DNA of 64,000 bases from the human T2T-CHM13v2.0 reference genome, Homo sapiens: assembly GCF_009914755.1 (NCBI RefSeq), contig NC_060926.1. The stretch is one strand, 5' to 3'. The translations under genes were made by a program, and so were the position numbers. Each line of letters opens with the position of its first letter. Within the stretch, counting starts at the first letter, position 1. Below the pieces are notes generated by a model. That model saw nothing but the letters and a program-made list of their open reading frames with translations. It was not told the DNA's origin and did not search any database. Positions 14,410 to 35,048 of this stretch are shown here, in pieces.

Positions 14410-15146
14410 CTCAAGAAATAAGAAAGTACGTTTTGTTTTGATAGTCACTTAATAGCAACATGAACTGGCAGGTAGGAGAGTGGAGTCAGTGGAAACAGCT
14501 GCCAAAGCAGGGGTCATGGAGAAGAACCATAGGCAGGCAACACACACACACTGTGTGTGCTCCGCAACAAAGGTGCCATTAGTCTCAAAGCATAGTGGAT
14601 CAGTGAGTTGGGCTTATGAATGTTCCCAAGTCTTTTCCACTTCTGACCACATTTTGAGTATGTGTTAATCAAATTCATCTCCTAAATATTTAGTATAAGG
14701 CTTTATGTAATGAGTTCTCAAATGCATGTTGCTGAGCCACTGACAGCAGGAAACAAGCTACCTCCCACCAGGAAACCACTAACTAGTTTATATGCCTGTA
14801 ACACGTATCACTGTAATTCTGGGTCCTAACAAAAACCTTTTTCATAAAAACGGGTACCAGTCAGGAAGACCCAAATGCATATTAGGGAAGTAATTATCTA
14901 TTACTCTCTAGGATACTGATAAAGGAAGGGACTTCCATGTCAATTTCTAAATATTCAAGAGGCCTTGAATATCCCAAGGTGCCTGTTAGGGTCATTATTT
15001 CGAAACTAAAAGCAGACCTGGCCTCTTCTGATTAAGAAAGCACACACACACACACTTTTCACTCTGACTGTTGACAATTCAAGCCCATGCACAGTACATG
15101 CTTCCTTGGGAATACCTCTCGTGTATACACTCTAGTAGGGCCAGGC

Positions 15147-15275
15147 CTATAGGGGCATCCTGTTGCCTTCAATGCTGAACTTGACAGCACGATGCACTTT
15201 GCTGAGTCGTTTCTGTTCTGCAAATCGCCTCTTATGCTTTTCCAATCGGCTTAGGCCCTTTTTAAGAATACCAGG
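15147..15275 (-). CDS. IWS1: Candidate alternative last coding exon of IWS1, a paralogue of exon 14 (PGILKKGLSRLEKHKRRFAEQKRLSKVHRAVKFSIEGNRMPL*)
   Basis: Acceptor CTTCTAG| in phase 0, matching the exon 13 donor; 42 open codons then TAG; 21 of the last 38 aa identical to exon 14 with no gaps. Confidence 0.85.
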   Translation of the reverse strand, partial: PGILKKGLSRLEKHKRRFAEQKRLSKVHRAVKFSIEGNRMPL

Positions 15276-15794
15276 CTAGAAGTAGTAGTTTGATTGGAGA
15301 ATAAAAAGAGATTACTGAGAAACACTGAAGATCCACTGAGCAGTATTTACAATGATAACAGAATAAGTGTCTACCCTAATCATTTGCAATGGAATTGCTT
15401 AAACCGTTGAAGAGAAAGGGAGAGGTAGGTCTGCTGAAGCACGTAAGCTCTGTTTCTCATGGTTATTAAAAAAAAAAATTCACTGTATCAGAATACTCCA
15501 GGTTTCAATTTCAAGCCTTGCTTGAAGTAAAGGGATTAATAAGAAGAAACTTCCCTACCTGATAATGTTGAATTAAGACTGAAGAAAAATTCATCAGCAA
15601 TAAACTTTAATCCTGGGTAATACTTTTCCTTTCTCTATTGCTCAATTTGTGGTTTGGCTAGATAAGCGACCAGAAAACAGTCCTCTCTGAATCAGACAAA
15701 CTTCAAGAGCTACAAGGGTTATTAACACATGAAGTAAAGAGTCAAACAGTAATCTGCAGGTGAGATCCACCTTGCCGATCCTCCGCTTGCTTAC

Positions 15795-15906
15795 CCTGGA
15801 TGACTCCATTTCCACATTCCATTTGGGCCTGACAACATAGTCCTTGTTTGAAGGCATTGGGACCCTTGCACGGGCACAGAATCCAGGATCTCCAGGTCTA
15901 AGAGCC
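15795..15906 (-). CDS. IWS1: IWS1 exon 13 ([38 protein letters not shown])
   Basis: Acceptor TTTTTCAG|, donor AGG|GTAAGC; 112 nt, ends in phase 0. Confidence 0.95.
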
Positions 15907-16816
15907 CTGAAAAAGGGAAGAGGAAGAGCATGCTTCTTATGTGGCCAGCCACAGTGGGGCACATAGGCCATTTCACACTCCTGTTCCTACATCCACCCAT
16001 TAAGCTGCAATGTTCGAAACTCCTCTACTCCCCACCAAAGGTCACCCAATCCACCCTCCTGCCGCCTCCCAGCTAGCCTGTCATCACACACACTACAGTA
16101 TGCATTCCTCACTTCTCTTCCAAAGCCAACTTGCTCTGCATTTGCATGAATCCTTTTCTCCTCTCCTCAGCTTCAGATATACTCATGCCCCTCTGCCTTC
16201 CAAGGCTAGTCCCGCCCGCATGACTTGGAATCCCCTTTTCTCTTGTATAGTGGAGTCACTCATGAGTTCACTTGTGAGATGAGGAATTGTGAAGAATTGA
16301 GTCGTCAAATGACCCCCAAAACTCCCAGTATGCCTATAAAGTAGTTTTTCAATATACAACTCATACATCAATTTTTAATGTTTATTTTTGTAAAAATCTT
16401 TTGAAGATAATTACAGATTCAAATGAAGTTGTAAAAAATGATAGAGAGAGAGATCCAATGTCTCTCCCAATAGCAACAACTTGCGAATCTACAGTATAGT
16501 ATCACAACCAGGATACTGATGTTGATACAGTACACTAATCTTATTTACACTTCCCCAGTTTTACTTGCACTCATTTATGTGTATGTATTTAGTTCTATGC
16601 AAATCCGTGGGTAACCATGCTAGACTAAAATAAGATTACTAACCTTCCAAAGTAAAGCCTATCTATGGATGCCTGGGCATTCAAACCATTCAGCATTTAG
16701 GTAACTAGTAAAGAGTGGATCTATGTGTGTCTGCTGGGGATGGGGAGAGAAGGGTAAAAAATTCTCAATTGTTTCTATTCTCTTGTACAGTTTACCCCAT
16801 TTTTAACCCTAAACTT

Positions 16817-17091
16817 GAATCTCGCTCTGTTGCCCGGGCTAGAGTGCAGTGGCACAATCTCAGCTCACCGCGAGCTCCACCTCCTGGGTTTGTGCCATTC
16901 TCCTGCCCCAGCCTACAAAGTAGCTGGGACTACAGGCGCCCGCCACCACGTCCAGCTAATTTTTTGTATTTTTAGTAGAGATGGGGTTTCTCCATGTTAG
17001 CCAGGATGGTCTCAACCTCCTGACCTCGTGATCTGCCCACCTCAGCCTCCCAAAGTGCTGGGATTACAGGCGTGAGCCACCGCGCCCGGCC
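16817..17091 (-). mobile_element. AluY-like element lacking a poly(A) tail
   Basis: Reverse Alu between AACCCTAAACTT and AACCTTAAACTT. Confidence 0.88.
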
Positions 17092-17479
17092 AACCTTAAA
17101 CTTTTATAACCTTCATATATATATGAACAGACTAATTGGCTTGCCAAGAAAATTCCCTGTAACTCTTACTTTCCTTCTGAAGCCACGGTCTCATCAACTT
17201 CCTTCCTAAACAAACTTTTCCTCTAGCTCATCCCCTATTCTCTTCTTGCAATCGGGATGCTGCCTGACTACCAACACACCTGCACAAAGCCCTCTGCAGC
17301 ACCTGCCACTGGCCCATGCTTTTGTCATTGCCACCTCCAGCTCAGCCTCATTCCCCTCCAGGCTCTGCTCCAACGCACAGGACCACAGGTGCTCATTCCC
17401 CTTCGCTGGCTGCTCTGCCTGGCTATGCCCCCTTTCAAAATTGTTTAGTTCGTTTCTTACTCTATACTCTCTTGATTGA

Positions 17480-18240
17480 ACAATCTTTTCTATGGAGAGA
17501 ACCATCAAATCTAGGTCTCTAGCCCAAACATCTCTTTACAAGTTCTAGACCCATAATATTTATAGGGCTATCTCATTAGGCATGTCACATTTAATATGCT
17601 CAAAAGAGAACTTGCCTGGTCCCTCAAATCTACTTCTCCCTCCATTTTGGTGAAAGGTAATAAACACTGTCTCAGCACTCAGGTTAAAATTTTGGCTGAG
17701 GTCTTCAACTCTAGCCATCTTCTCTCCCACTAAGTCACCAACATATGACAGCTTTGCCTCTGCAATGTCTTCTCACCCCTCTGTTTCCCAACTACCACCT
17801 CTGTTTAGCTGTATCACCGCCTCAGTCCCACTGCCCTCCAATCCATCCTACATGATGCCATTGGCATCAGCACCCTAAATCAAATCAAACCAGATGGCTT
17901 CACATCCAGCCTCAAAAACTTCCTGTGGAATCACAAGACGTGAAAATTCCTCATCTTGATTCAAAGCCCTTCACCGGTCTATTATTTCCAACCTTATCTT
18001 CTACCACCTCAGGCCCCATACTACTGTCCAACCCCTTCAGTCTACTTGCCATTCCAAACACAGACCTGGCACACTTACCCCATGGCTTTACCAAAGACCT
18101 CCCTTTGCCTATCATCCTTGTAAAGACTTACACTTTTGAGAGCATAGACTATTTTTAATTTGTTTTTATATTCTCAGAGCACAACAAGGAGTCTAGCACT
18201 TAGCAAACAGCAATAAAATCTTTATTGAATGAATTATTTT
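17480..18240 (+). mobile_element. LINE-2 3' remnant
   Basis: C/T-rich L2-like tract ending in the L2 terminus AATAAA...TTGAATGAAT. Confidence 0.65.
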
Positions 18241-18419
18241 CTCAATTTTCCTTACATCCCCAGAGTACCCAATACAATGCTTTGTAGATACTAAACGTTA
18301 AAATGAAAGTCACCTCCCACAAATGAGAGCATAACATCATTTCATTTACTACTTTTCTTAAAGCAGCAAACGGAAATTCTCTATATAGTCTAGGAAGAAA
18401 AATTAACATTAAAACCTTA

Positions 18420-18512
<93 letters not shown>

Positions 18513-18985
18513 TTAGAACCTAATAACTCAGAAAAAGAGCAAACTAAAAATCAAACTTAGACCATAACTATTAATAGCTCTTTTACGATGGATCAGGGAA
18601 AATAATTCCTAATCTTTAAAAAGTACTACTCATTTTAGTATTCATTTGCATAACAGGTTTCCTTGTGGATGAGCCGTAATTGCCACATTTGTAACTAATG
18701 ACCCTGTCCTCCTGGATGCAACTGTATCCACTATTATCAATACAAACTAAAACTATAACATTTTTTCTTCTAGGAACTCGGAAACGGGACCCAGAAAGTT
18801 GTTTTCTCAAGTGGATGGAACAACACAAGCAATCAGTATCCTGAAACAGGCCCTGTTCCAACAAACTGACCCAGAAAGGTCTGGTTAGGAGGACAGGACC
18901 CTCACTATACACTATCACATTTAAACTAAAAGGATATTATGAATTATGTACACATATCAAGCTGAGAGGAAAGGAAATCCTATCA

Positions 18986-19240
<255 letters not shown>

Positions 19241-20665
19241 TCAAATAATTGCACCCCAGTGTGAGGGGATATTCTAGACATTTAGAATATTCTTTCCTTG
19301 AAGAGCCCATTATTTCAGAGTAATTTATAGGATAAACAAAGCATAATGCCAGTGTACTGACTGACTCTGGCTGATTCAGAAAATTTAATGTAAAAGATCA
19401 CCACAGAGATTTAAAGAAAGTAACATGTGATACACTTTAATAGTCAACAATTAGCTGGATTGACATTTCATAAAAGACATTTATTTAAAATTTTTATTTA
19501 TTTATTTTAAAAGGCAGACTAATTTCTAAGTTTACGCTACTGGAAATAAAAAAGTCTTGAAATTCTGCTTTCTTATCCTAACCCAGAACAAACTCCTTTA
19601 CAACTACCTTACAAAATGGTCTGTACCTTTAAAAATTACAGTTTAATAGTGCGGGTGGAGACTTTGTACTTCATTAAGTCTAACATAGCTGCTACAATGA
19701 CCATGAAAGAAAGTATATGCCACTGTTCAGTCAGTCAAAGTCCAGGAGCCAACTGATGTCTTTGTTCTAAGACATAATGTAGCTTACTGCTACATTTAAT
19801 ACACTATAAAAACAAGAAAGGACCTTTATAGACCGAACATGGGTGCTGTCACACAAAGAAGGAAGCAGGGATTCTCAGGGGGTCCACGTATCTTTTAAAA
19901 CCACCCCATTGACCCCACTTCTGGATTCAGAATCACTGCTGTAGTAAGTCATGGAAACCAGTGGGGATATTCTGCTTTTCTCAGTCTAGGGCAAAAAAAT
20001 AAAGTTGCAAACTACTGCATAAAAGCACCAAAAGTTTATTACTTAACAGGCAGTAAGCTGCAGTTTACTGACAAGATCAAAGATGGTAGTATATCTCTGG
20101 TTTATAGAAGAAATTTACATTTCTCTAAAAGCTTTTGATAAACTTAACAATTCAAAAGAAAAATAATTATTCTATTCGAACGTAGTAGTTACTTTTTCAA
20201 TCTAGCCTTGAAGTTCTAAAAATTCCTTTTCAACATGGAGGACAGGAAGAGTTAAGGAGGACAACAAAAACAAACACGGGTTTCATTCGTAAAACTGAAG
20301 AATTTCACAAACATGGCGCTTGATTACATAAATTTTGGTTTAGACTTCTCTGGATTTCTCTGGCATCATTAAATAAGAACATGCAAAAAGGTTTTGAAGA
20401 CCATTGTGCAAGTAACAACAACAATGGCTGTTTCTTGAGTACTTACTATGTGCTAAGCACCGTGCTTTAGACACAACCTCTCATTTAATCTTTAAAGTCA
20501 CCCAAAAGAAAACACATAATTATCTCAACTTTACAGAGCACAAATCACTAGCTAAGGAAATGCAGTAAGGTAGGTGGTGGATTCATGATCTGAACCCAGG
20601 TAATATCAACTCCATGGCCTGCAATCTAACCCCTCTCTTTCTCCATGCTCTCGACCCATGACTAG

Positions 20666-20984
<319 letters not shown>

Positions 20985-21206
20985 TCTTACTTGCTATTTT
21001 TAATACTGAATAGCATACTTAATTATATTGAGGTTTTTTTTTAAAGTCTAAGAGAAAATGCTAGTACCTGTAAGAAGTTATTCAAAAATTTCTATTCCAC
21101 TTTACTGACTCGTTTAAAACAAATACTGGTAAAAATACAGCTTTTATATATACGCATCTCTCTCTTATCTATACACATAAACACAACAAACAAAAAGGAA
21201 AATTTA

Positions 21207-21389
<183 letters not shown>

Positions 21390-21496
21390 CTATTCTAGAG
21401 ACCTGGCACATTCACAACAGAACAAATAAAAAATTCCATTTTCAGGATCTACAGACATAGAACACAAAGATACTTTGTGTCCACATCAAAAGTTCA

Positions 21497-21846
<350 letters not shown>

Positions 21847-21879
21847 CTAACAATGTGAGAAAGTATGAACCAAGCGTAC

Positions 21880-22120
21880 TCAGAGGTTAGCAGTTTAATA
21901 CAGGAGCCAGCACAGGCCTCAGAATCCAATAGACCTAAGACTGAACCCAAGCACAGCCACCTTCTAGCTATGTGACCTTGACGAGTCGTTTAACTTCTCT
22001 GCATCTTAATTCCCTCATCTGTAAAATGGAAATAATACACCTACCTTCTCAGTTTACTGTGAGGAAAAAACGAATCAATACATATATAAAGCACCTGGCA
22101 CAGTGCGTGGCATAGGAGGT
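21880..22120 (+). mobile_element. MIR
   Basis: MIR core TGTGACCTTG...CCTCATCTGTAAAATGG. Confidence 0.8.
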
Positions 22121-22507
22121 TTCCTTGGGAATTCCTTCAGAAGTTAAATAGCTTACCCAAGGTGTCACAACTACGTAAGGTGGCCCAGCTCAAGATTCAA
22201 ATGCAAGTTCATATGATTCTGAATTTGGTGTTCATTCTGCGTCACATTTCTCCCTGGAACTTGCCCACTACTGTACTACTCTTCTCAGACACATTACAGC
22301 TACTCTAAGATTTTTTCCCTTCAATGCGATAGTTACATGAAGTTTTATAAGGTCTTCCCTTTCACGCTCATTTTATTAGATATGTTCCTTTTTTCCAACC
22401 CCTCTTCTGGCAGGCTGTAGCAGAGATAACATATAAAAACACTGTAAACTACACAGGTTATGACCATACAGACCACATTAGATAATTAATAAAGAACAGT
22501 CAGATTA

Positions 22508-22897
<390 letters not shown>

Positions 22898-23351
22898 TTA
22901 ATGCTGATATGAATGGTACAGACAGTAAGAACAATTAACTCCAATCTTTTCAACTAAAAAAAAAAAACGTTCAATCTATCAAAATAGTGATTCTTGAACA
23001 GTTTTACATGGTGGTGAACCCAGATTTGCTCTTCTCTGCAGGACACCAATGAGACTAGCACTCCACTGGCAGGACAAAAAAAAAAAAAAAAACTCAATAA
23101 AATAATACTTAAATTCCATTTTATGTACTGGAATCAGTTATGTTAATAGAAAAGATAACATTATATACATAAAACCTGCCACAGATAGTTTCCCCTGTTA
23201 GAATAGAGGGAGAAATTTTCTAGTTACAGATGCTCTAGGCCATGCTGGTGGCAGCTCACTGATGCACCAATACATTTCCTCAGTCATCAAAAGTAGGCTG
23301 TGGCTTAGTTCAAAGAGAAAGCAAGGTTGCTCAGAAATATAAGCAAATCAG

Positions 23352-23503
23352 GGCCCGGTGTGGTGGCTCACACCTGTAATCCCATTCCAGTACTTTGCCT
23401 TTGGGGTGTTGAGACGGGAAGATCGGCTGAGCCCAGGAGTTCGAGACCAGCCTGGGCAACACAGCGAGATCCTGTCTCTAATTAAAAAAAAAAAAAAAAA
23501 AAA
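23352..23503 (+). mobile_element. FLAM-like Alu monomer
   Basis: Single left arm plus poly(A). Confidence 0.8.
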
Positions 23504-23716
23504 GCAAATCAATGAAAAAAGTTAGAAACAAGGATCTACTCAAAAAGGGCATCATTACTTCAGAAGGATCAATAATTGTGACACATTAGAGTCATATAAG
23601 CCTTGTACAATGCAGCCTTCAGGTAGGATCTTCCAAGATTTACTATTTTCCATCACACGGAGAAAACAGATGCAATTTTACCAGACCAAAAACTGTCTAT
23701 AAAGAACAAAATTAGT

Positions 23717-23862
23717 GGCCAGGTGCAGTGGCTCATGTCTGTAATTCCAGCACTTTGAGAGGATGAGGTGGGAGGATTACTTAAGCCCAGGAGTTCAAGA
23801 CAAGCCTGGGCAACATAGCAAGATCCTGTCTTTACCAAAAAAACAAAAACAAAACAAAAAAA
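23717..23862 (+). mobile_element. FLAM-like Alu monomer
   Basis: Single left arm plus A-rich tail. Confidence 0.8.
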
Positions 23863-24108
23863 CACAAAATTAGTAGTTTCCAAGTTTTTCTTTCATTAGT
23901 ATCAATTTTTTATTTGTTCTGTTTGCACCAGGCATCAAGGCTTAATAAAAATTTATGAAGAAATATAATTTAGGAAATTTTATTCATTATCTTTCTGTGA
24001 ACCGATAGAAGTCTATCATTATTTAATATTCCTAGAACACCAGTACATCATTTGAATTATCATTCCATGAAAAGGAAAAAGACATTTTAAAGAAAACAAA
24101 ATACTTAC

Positions 24109-24191
24109 TTCTTAAGGTGCATAACTACAGCAGGCAGTAAAGTTAATTTTTTCAGTGCTGGCTTTTTTTGATTGTTCAACTGTCTGTCTTC
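24109..24191 (-). CDS. IWS1: IWS1 exon 8 (EDRQLNNQKKPALKKLTLLPAVVMHLK)
   Basis: Acceptor GAATAG|, donor GAA|GTAAGT; 83 nt. Confidence 0.94.
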
Positions 24192-25192
24192 CTATTCAGA
24201 AAAAAAATAAAGATTTTTTTTTAAAACAGTACTTTTTATTAATATTGAATTCACTGTAATTCTGAACCTTAAAATAACAGTTTTTCAAAGAAACAATTTT
24301 TCCTACAAGAAAGAATAATTTAAGATGGATCTTCTGCAGAGCACCAAGCTCTGTATCTGTCTATGTCAGTCAAACCCAAAAAACTATTAGAATAATTGCC
24401 TTTAACAACTACAAATTGAGAGAAACAATTTTAATGTAGAACATTAGCATAACTGTCAAATTTTCAGAGTTCATTAAAGGTACAAATTAAAACTGGGAAA
24501 TTCTGGTTTATTATATTAGGAACAATTTTCCAGGTGTGAGGTTATATGATATTGGAATATACTATATCAAAGAAGAGTTTCAGTATTACTTGGGCAGTTT
24601 TTTCTATTTTTTTAAATTATGAAAAATTTCAAATTCTACAAATATAGAATAATATACCTGTTGCATATATTTCAACAACTGAATACACATAGCTAGTCTT
24701 CTTTTAGCTACTTTCCCTCCATTCTTGAATTGTTTTGAAAGAAATCCTAGACACAGATCATTGAATCCATGCTGAACTCTCAACAAGTGTCTCCAAAAGA
24801 TCTGAACTTGTTTTTTAAACATACTACTGGGCCAATTTTTATAAGTTGAGCAGATTTTTAAAATGCAATGAAAGAAGCCGTGTCTTGATCAGGAGCAAGA
24901 GAACGACACATGAATTTGTAACACCTTTTATATATGAAGAAACTAAACTTTGTGGTGAACTAGCCAAATCTGAGAACAAAACCATTTCCCATGAAACTAG
25001 CAAAGCCATTCACCTAAAACGTTTCATTTTACTGAATACCTCATATTTTCACTTTTTCTAAACGTGTGACTAAAAAATTAAAATATTTCCATGATTAAAA
25101 TTGAGAACAGTAAATGCTTTATTACAAAAAGCAAAGCATCTTAATTGTAGTTTAAGGGTTAAGTATCAAAAAAAGGGCATCCAATAAACTCA

Positions 25193-25426
<234 letters not shown>

Positions 25427-25518
25427 TTAAATACACATTTACTTTCACAACAATTAAGAACACCAAATTTCTTAATTCTAACTCAATGAAGTGCTACCTT
25501 CTTTTAAAAGTGCAAATA

Positions 25519-25784
25519 CAGTCATGCGCCGCATAACGATGTTTCGGTCAATGACGGACTGCAAATACGACGGTGGCCATCCAGTAAGCTAAGGTTAACT
25601 TTTTATTGAAGAAAAAAATATTTTTTATAAATTTAGTGTAGCCTAAGCATACAGTGTTTATAAAGCCTATGGTAGTGTACAGTAATGTCCCAGGCCTTCA
25701 CATTCACTCATCACTCACCCAGACCAAATTCCAGTCCTGCTTTCATTCATGGCAAGTACTCTAAACAGGTGTACCATATTTTAT

Positions 25785-25833
<49 letters not shown>

Positions 25834-26377
25834 TTTTTAAAGAGTTGGGGTGTTGCTCTGTCACCCAGGCTGGAGTGCGGTGGCACAATCATAGTTCACC
25901 GTAGCCTCAAACTCCTGGGCTCATCCTTCCACCTTAGCCTCCTGAATAGTTGAGACTACAGGCCCACACGACATGCCTGGCTAATTTTTTAAATGTTTTG
26001 TAGAGACAGGGAGGGCCTCACTATATGTCACCCAGGCTTGTCTTGAACTCCTGGCCTCAAGTGATCCCCCTGCCTCAGCCTCCCAAACTGTTGAGATTAC
26101 AGGCATAAGCCACCACGTCCAACTATATTGTATTTTAACTGCAACTTTTCTATGTTTAGATACACAAATACCATTGTGTTACCACTGCCTACAGCATTCA
26201 GTACAATAACATGCTGCACAGGTTTGTACCCTAGGTGCGATAGGTTTTACCATACAGCCTAGGTGGGTAGTAGGCAATACCATGTAGGTTTGTATAATAC
26301 TATGATATTGATACAACAACAAAATCACCTAATGACACATTTTTCAGAATATATCCCTGTTAAGCGACGCATGACTG
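25519..26377. mobile_element. Tigger3-like non-autonomous DNA transposon with a nested (CA)n tract and reverse AluJ (about 25832-26121)
   Basis: Terminal inverted repeats CAGTCATGCGCCGCATAAC / GTTAAGCGACGCATGACTG, TA target duplication on both sides. Confidence 0.88.
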
Positions 26378-27382
26378 TACTTAGAACCTGCTATTAAAAG
26401 AACGGTTGATCCTAGACTTTATTTCAATTCCTGTACTACCCTGTTATATATACACATATAAATCGCTAATAGCCCGGAACTTTTCATGCACTATATTCAC
26501 ACTTGCATCTATCAGTTTGAGAAAGTACATTTTAAGTTCCAATGCAGGGGATTCATTCAGCTTTAGTGGCACTGCCCTTTCTTGGACTAGGAAGGTGTTC
26601 AATTATTTGAATGTTGTGGTCTTATATAGCATGAGTAGAAAAAATGAAAAATAAACTGCTGCTTTTCAGTGATAGGAAGTATAACTCTCAAAACATAATG
26701 AGAGATACACATGGAAAACTACAGGCTTGCTAAGCGCCTCAAACCTTTATGGCTTTCATCAGAATCATTACACTTAAAAAAGAGGGAGTTAAGTTATTGT
26801 CTGCCACTATCCTATCAATTCAATTTCCAAAAGTACTGCCAAACTCATTCAGTTTAATTACTGCATGCCACTAGGAATTAAAAATGAAACTATTTTTTAA
26901 AAGCATCTTTACGACTGAAAACAGTAACTAATCCTTCTATTACCGTATGACATCTTTTAAGATATCAGATTTTTCTGAACATAGATTCCAACTAGCTCAA
27001 CTAAAGTAAGTGAAATATGGTCAAGTAATATTTTGTAGTTAAGATGTTAGACTATTTCCCCTGCCCCACAACATCAGCTTGTCTCTCAAAAAGGTATTTT
27101 TAAAATTAGGTTATTTTTCATAAGAGTTTACTTGGTGAGCCATAAATTAAGTCTGGTGCCATATAAATACAACTCCACAAAGTAAGACATCTGAGCACAG
27201 GGTAAATGAAAGACAAGTAACAACAGCAGGTAATTCACTGACAACACCGTAAATGGAGAAAAACAGGAATAGACCCACTCCTAAACTTAATCAGGAACCA
27301 AAATGAAAAACAAAAGAGAGTTTAATAGTCTCTACCTTGATTTTTAAACTTCTCTTTAACAAATTCCTTAAAAACAAACTTA

Positions 27383-27481
<99 letters not shown>

Positions 27482-27539
27482 CTAAATGCAAAATTATCAC
27501 AACCTCCTTACAGATTTTCTTCTGTATTAAGTGTTCTTA

Positions 27540-31800
<4,261 letters not shown>

Positions 31801-32059
31801 GCCCTTTAGCATTATAAAGTGACTTTCTTTGTCTCAAAGTGTCCCTTCCCCCTTAATTCAATTTTGCCCATTAGCTTCCTTTTATGTCTTTGTATATACG
31901 CTTTCATTTTACTTCCTGAATCCCTCTTCTAGATTTTTATCTTGAATACATCATAATTGTTTATTCCTACTTATTAGAATCATCTATAATGGTATCACTG
32001 CCATAAAAACACCAAAAAAAAGCACAATCAAGGAGGAAATATTTCCATCTTATACTTAC

Positions 32060-32117
32060 TGTAAATTCTTCTTCCTCTTCATCACCAGATTCTCCAAATA
32101 TGTCTGCAATAAGATTT
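32060..32117 (-). CDS. IWS1: IWS1 exon 5 (ENLIADIFGESGDEEEEEFT)
   Basis: Acceptor TTCTAG|, donor ACA|GTAAGT; 58 nt, phase 2 to 0. Confidence 0.94.
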
Positions 32118-32630
32118 CTAGAAAGTAGACAAATGTAAAAACATTCATTTGCTTTATCCTCATTTGCATAGGAACCATTTTTTAAAAAATAGAATTTATG
32201 TACAGTAAAATGTGCAGATCTTCAGTGTTCAGTTCAATGAGTTTTAACAAATATATACACTCATGTAACCAGCACCCTATACACTCATGTAGCCTCCCCA
32301 GAAAGTCCTCTCATGGCCCCTTCTAGCTGGTCCCCAATATCAACATCCTAGAAACAACTGCCACCTTGACTTCCAACACCACAGATAAATTTTGCCTACT
32401 GAACTTCATGTAAATGGAATCATATATGTCCTCTTTGCTTTCTTTCACTTAACATGTTAATTCTGAGATGAATTCTGAGATTCACCCACATTGTAGTGTG
32501 TTCAGTTCAGGAACTAAAATACTAAATCCCCAAAGACATGCAATTAGGCAGGACATATTGTATTATAACACAGACCCCTCTCTACTGCCTAATTAAGAAC
32601 CCCTGAAAACTCATGTTATACTGTCACTTA

Positions 32631-32837
<207 letters not shown>

Positions 32838-32912
32838 TCATCATTAATTTTATTTTATCACAGCCATTGTATTACTAAGCATAACAGGTGCTTTAAGATG
32901 GCAGTATACAGC

Positions 32913-32917
32913 AAAAA

Positions 32918-32952
<35 letters not shown>

Positions 32953-32960
32953 AATAAAAT
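32913..32960 (+). repeat. (AAAT)n microsatellite
   Basis: Directly visible. Confidence 0.9.
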
Positions 32961-33809
32961 CAGAGGGCCTCCTGACACATGGTTTAGAATTTTTAAAATA
33001 ACTAAATGGCTCATTCAGAGTCATCTTACAAATTATCTGTTATTTTGCTTAAGAAAAACTGGCCAAAAGATGAAGAAAGATATCATCAATATAAAAGCAG
33101 CCACCTTTCCTTTTGGGAAATCGAGAAAATTAAAACTAGATTGATGGGCAAAACTGGCATCCTTTCTATGTTGCCTAGTAGTAACTGAACTAAAAAGGAC
33201 TACATATTTCTTTCTAGGAATAGTCTCCATGTTCCTCTATCATTGCTGGTCAGTTTGAAATTTCTCATCTCCCTTAACAAATTGACAGCATGTCTGGTAC
33301 CTTTTCCTTCTCCTATAAGAACTGTGAGGTTATAATGAAATATGTCTTTTCCAAAAAAGATAAGTTTCATAAAAAAGTAGACAAGTAATACTATCTGTGC
33401 AAATGGAGTCTTAGATAGCAGAGACTGAAACACTCTGGAGAGAGATGGTGTCTCTAAATAGAATCCTCTCAAAGCTTCCCTGTATCTGAATATTCAACAA
33501 TGTTTAACAAATGAAGAGATGTACCTGTGGGAGCTGTTACTGTTTGGATGGGATCTAGTGAACTAAGTGTCAAAGAGACCCACAGCTAACAATTAATACA
33601 GTTAGGGGTTTTTATGTAAACGTATTTCTTTGAAACATTACCTCTTCCAGTTTTAAAAAAAAAAAACAGTATTTTATATTCCTATTGACATGTGGTTTAT
33701 CACTTTGAGGCAGTCAGAGATTAATATGTGCTAATAGAACTCCAAGGAAACTTACTATTAAGCTTAGCTAATGATAACCAGGGGAAATGAGTGTCCTACT
33801 GATATTTTA

Positions 33810-35048
<1,239 letters not shown>

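Noticed and set aside
18616-18918. 100-aa minus-strand ORF in intron 11
   Set aside because: No similarity to IWS1 or any family I recognise, and no convincing splice-site pair
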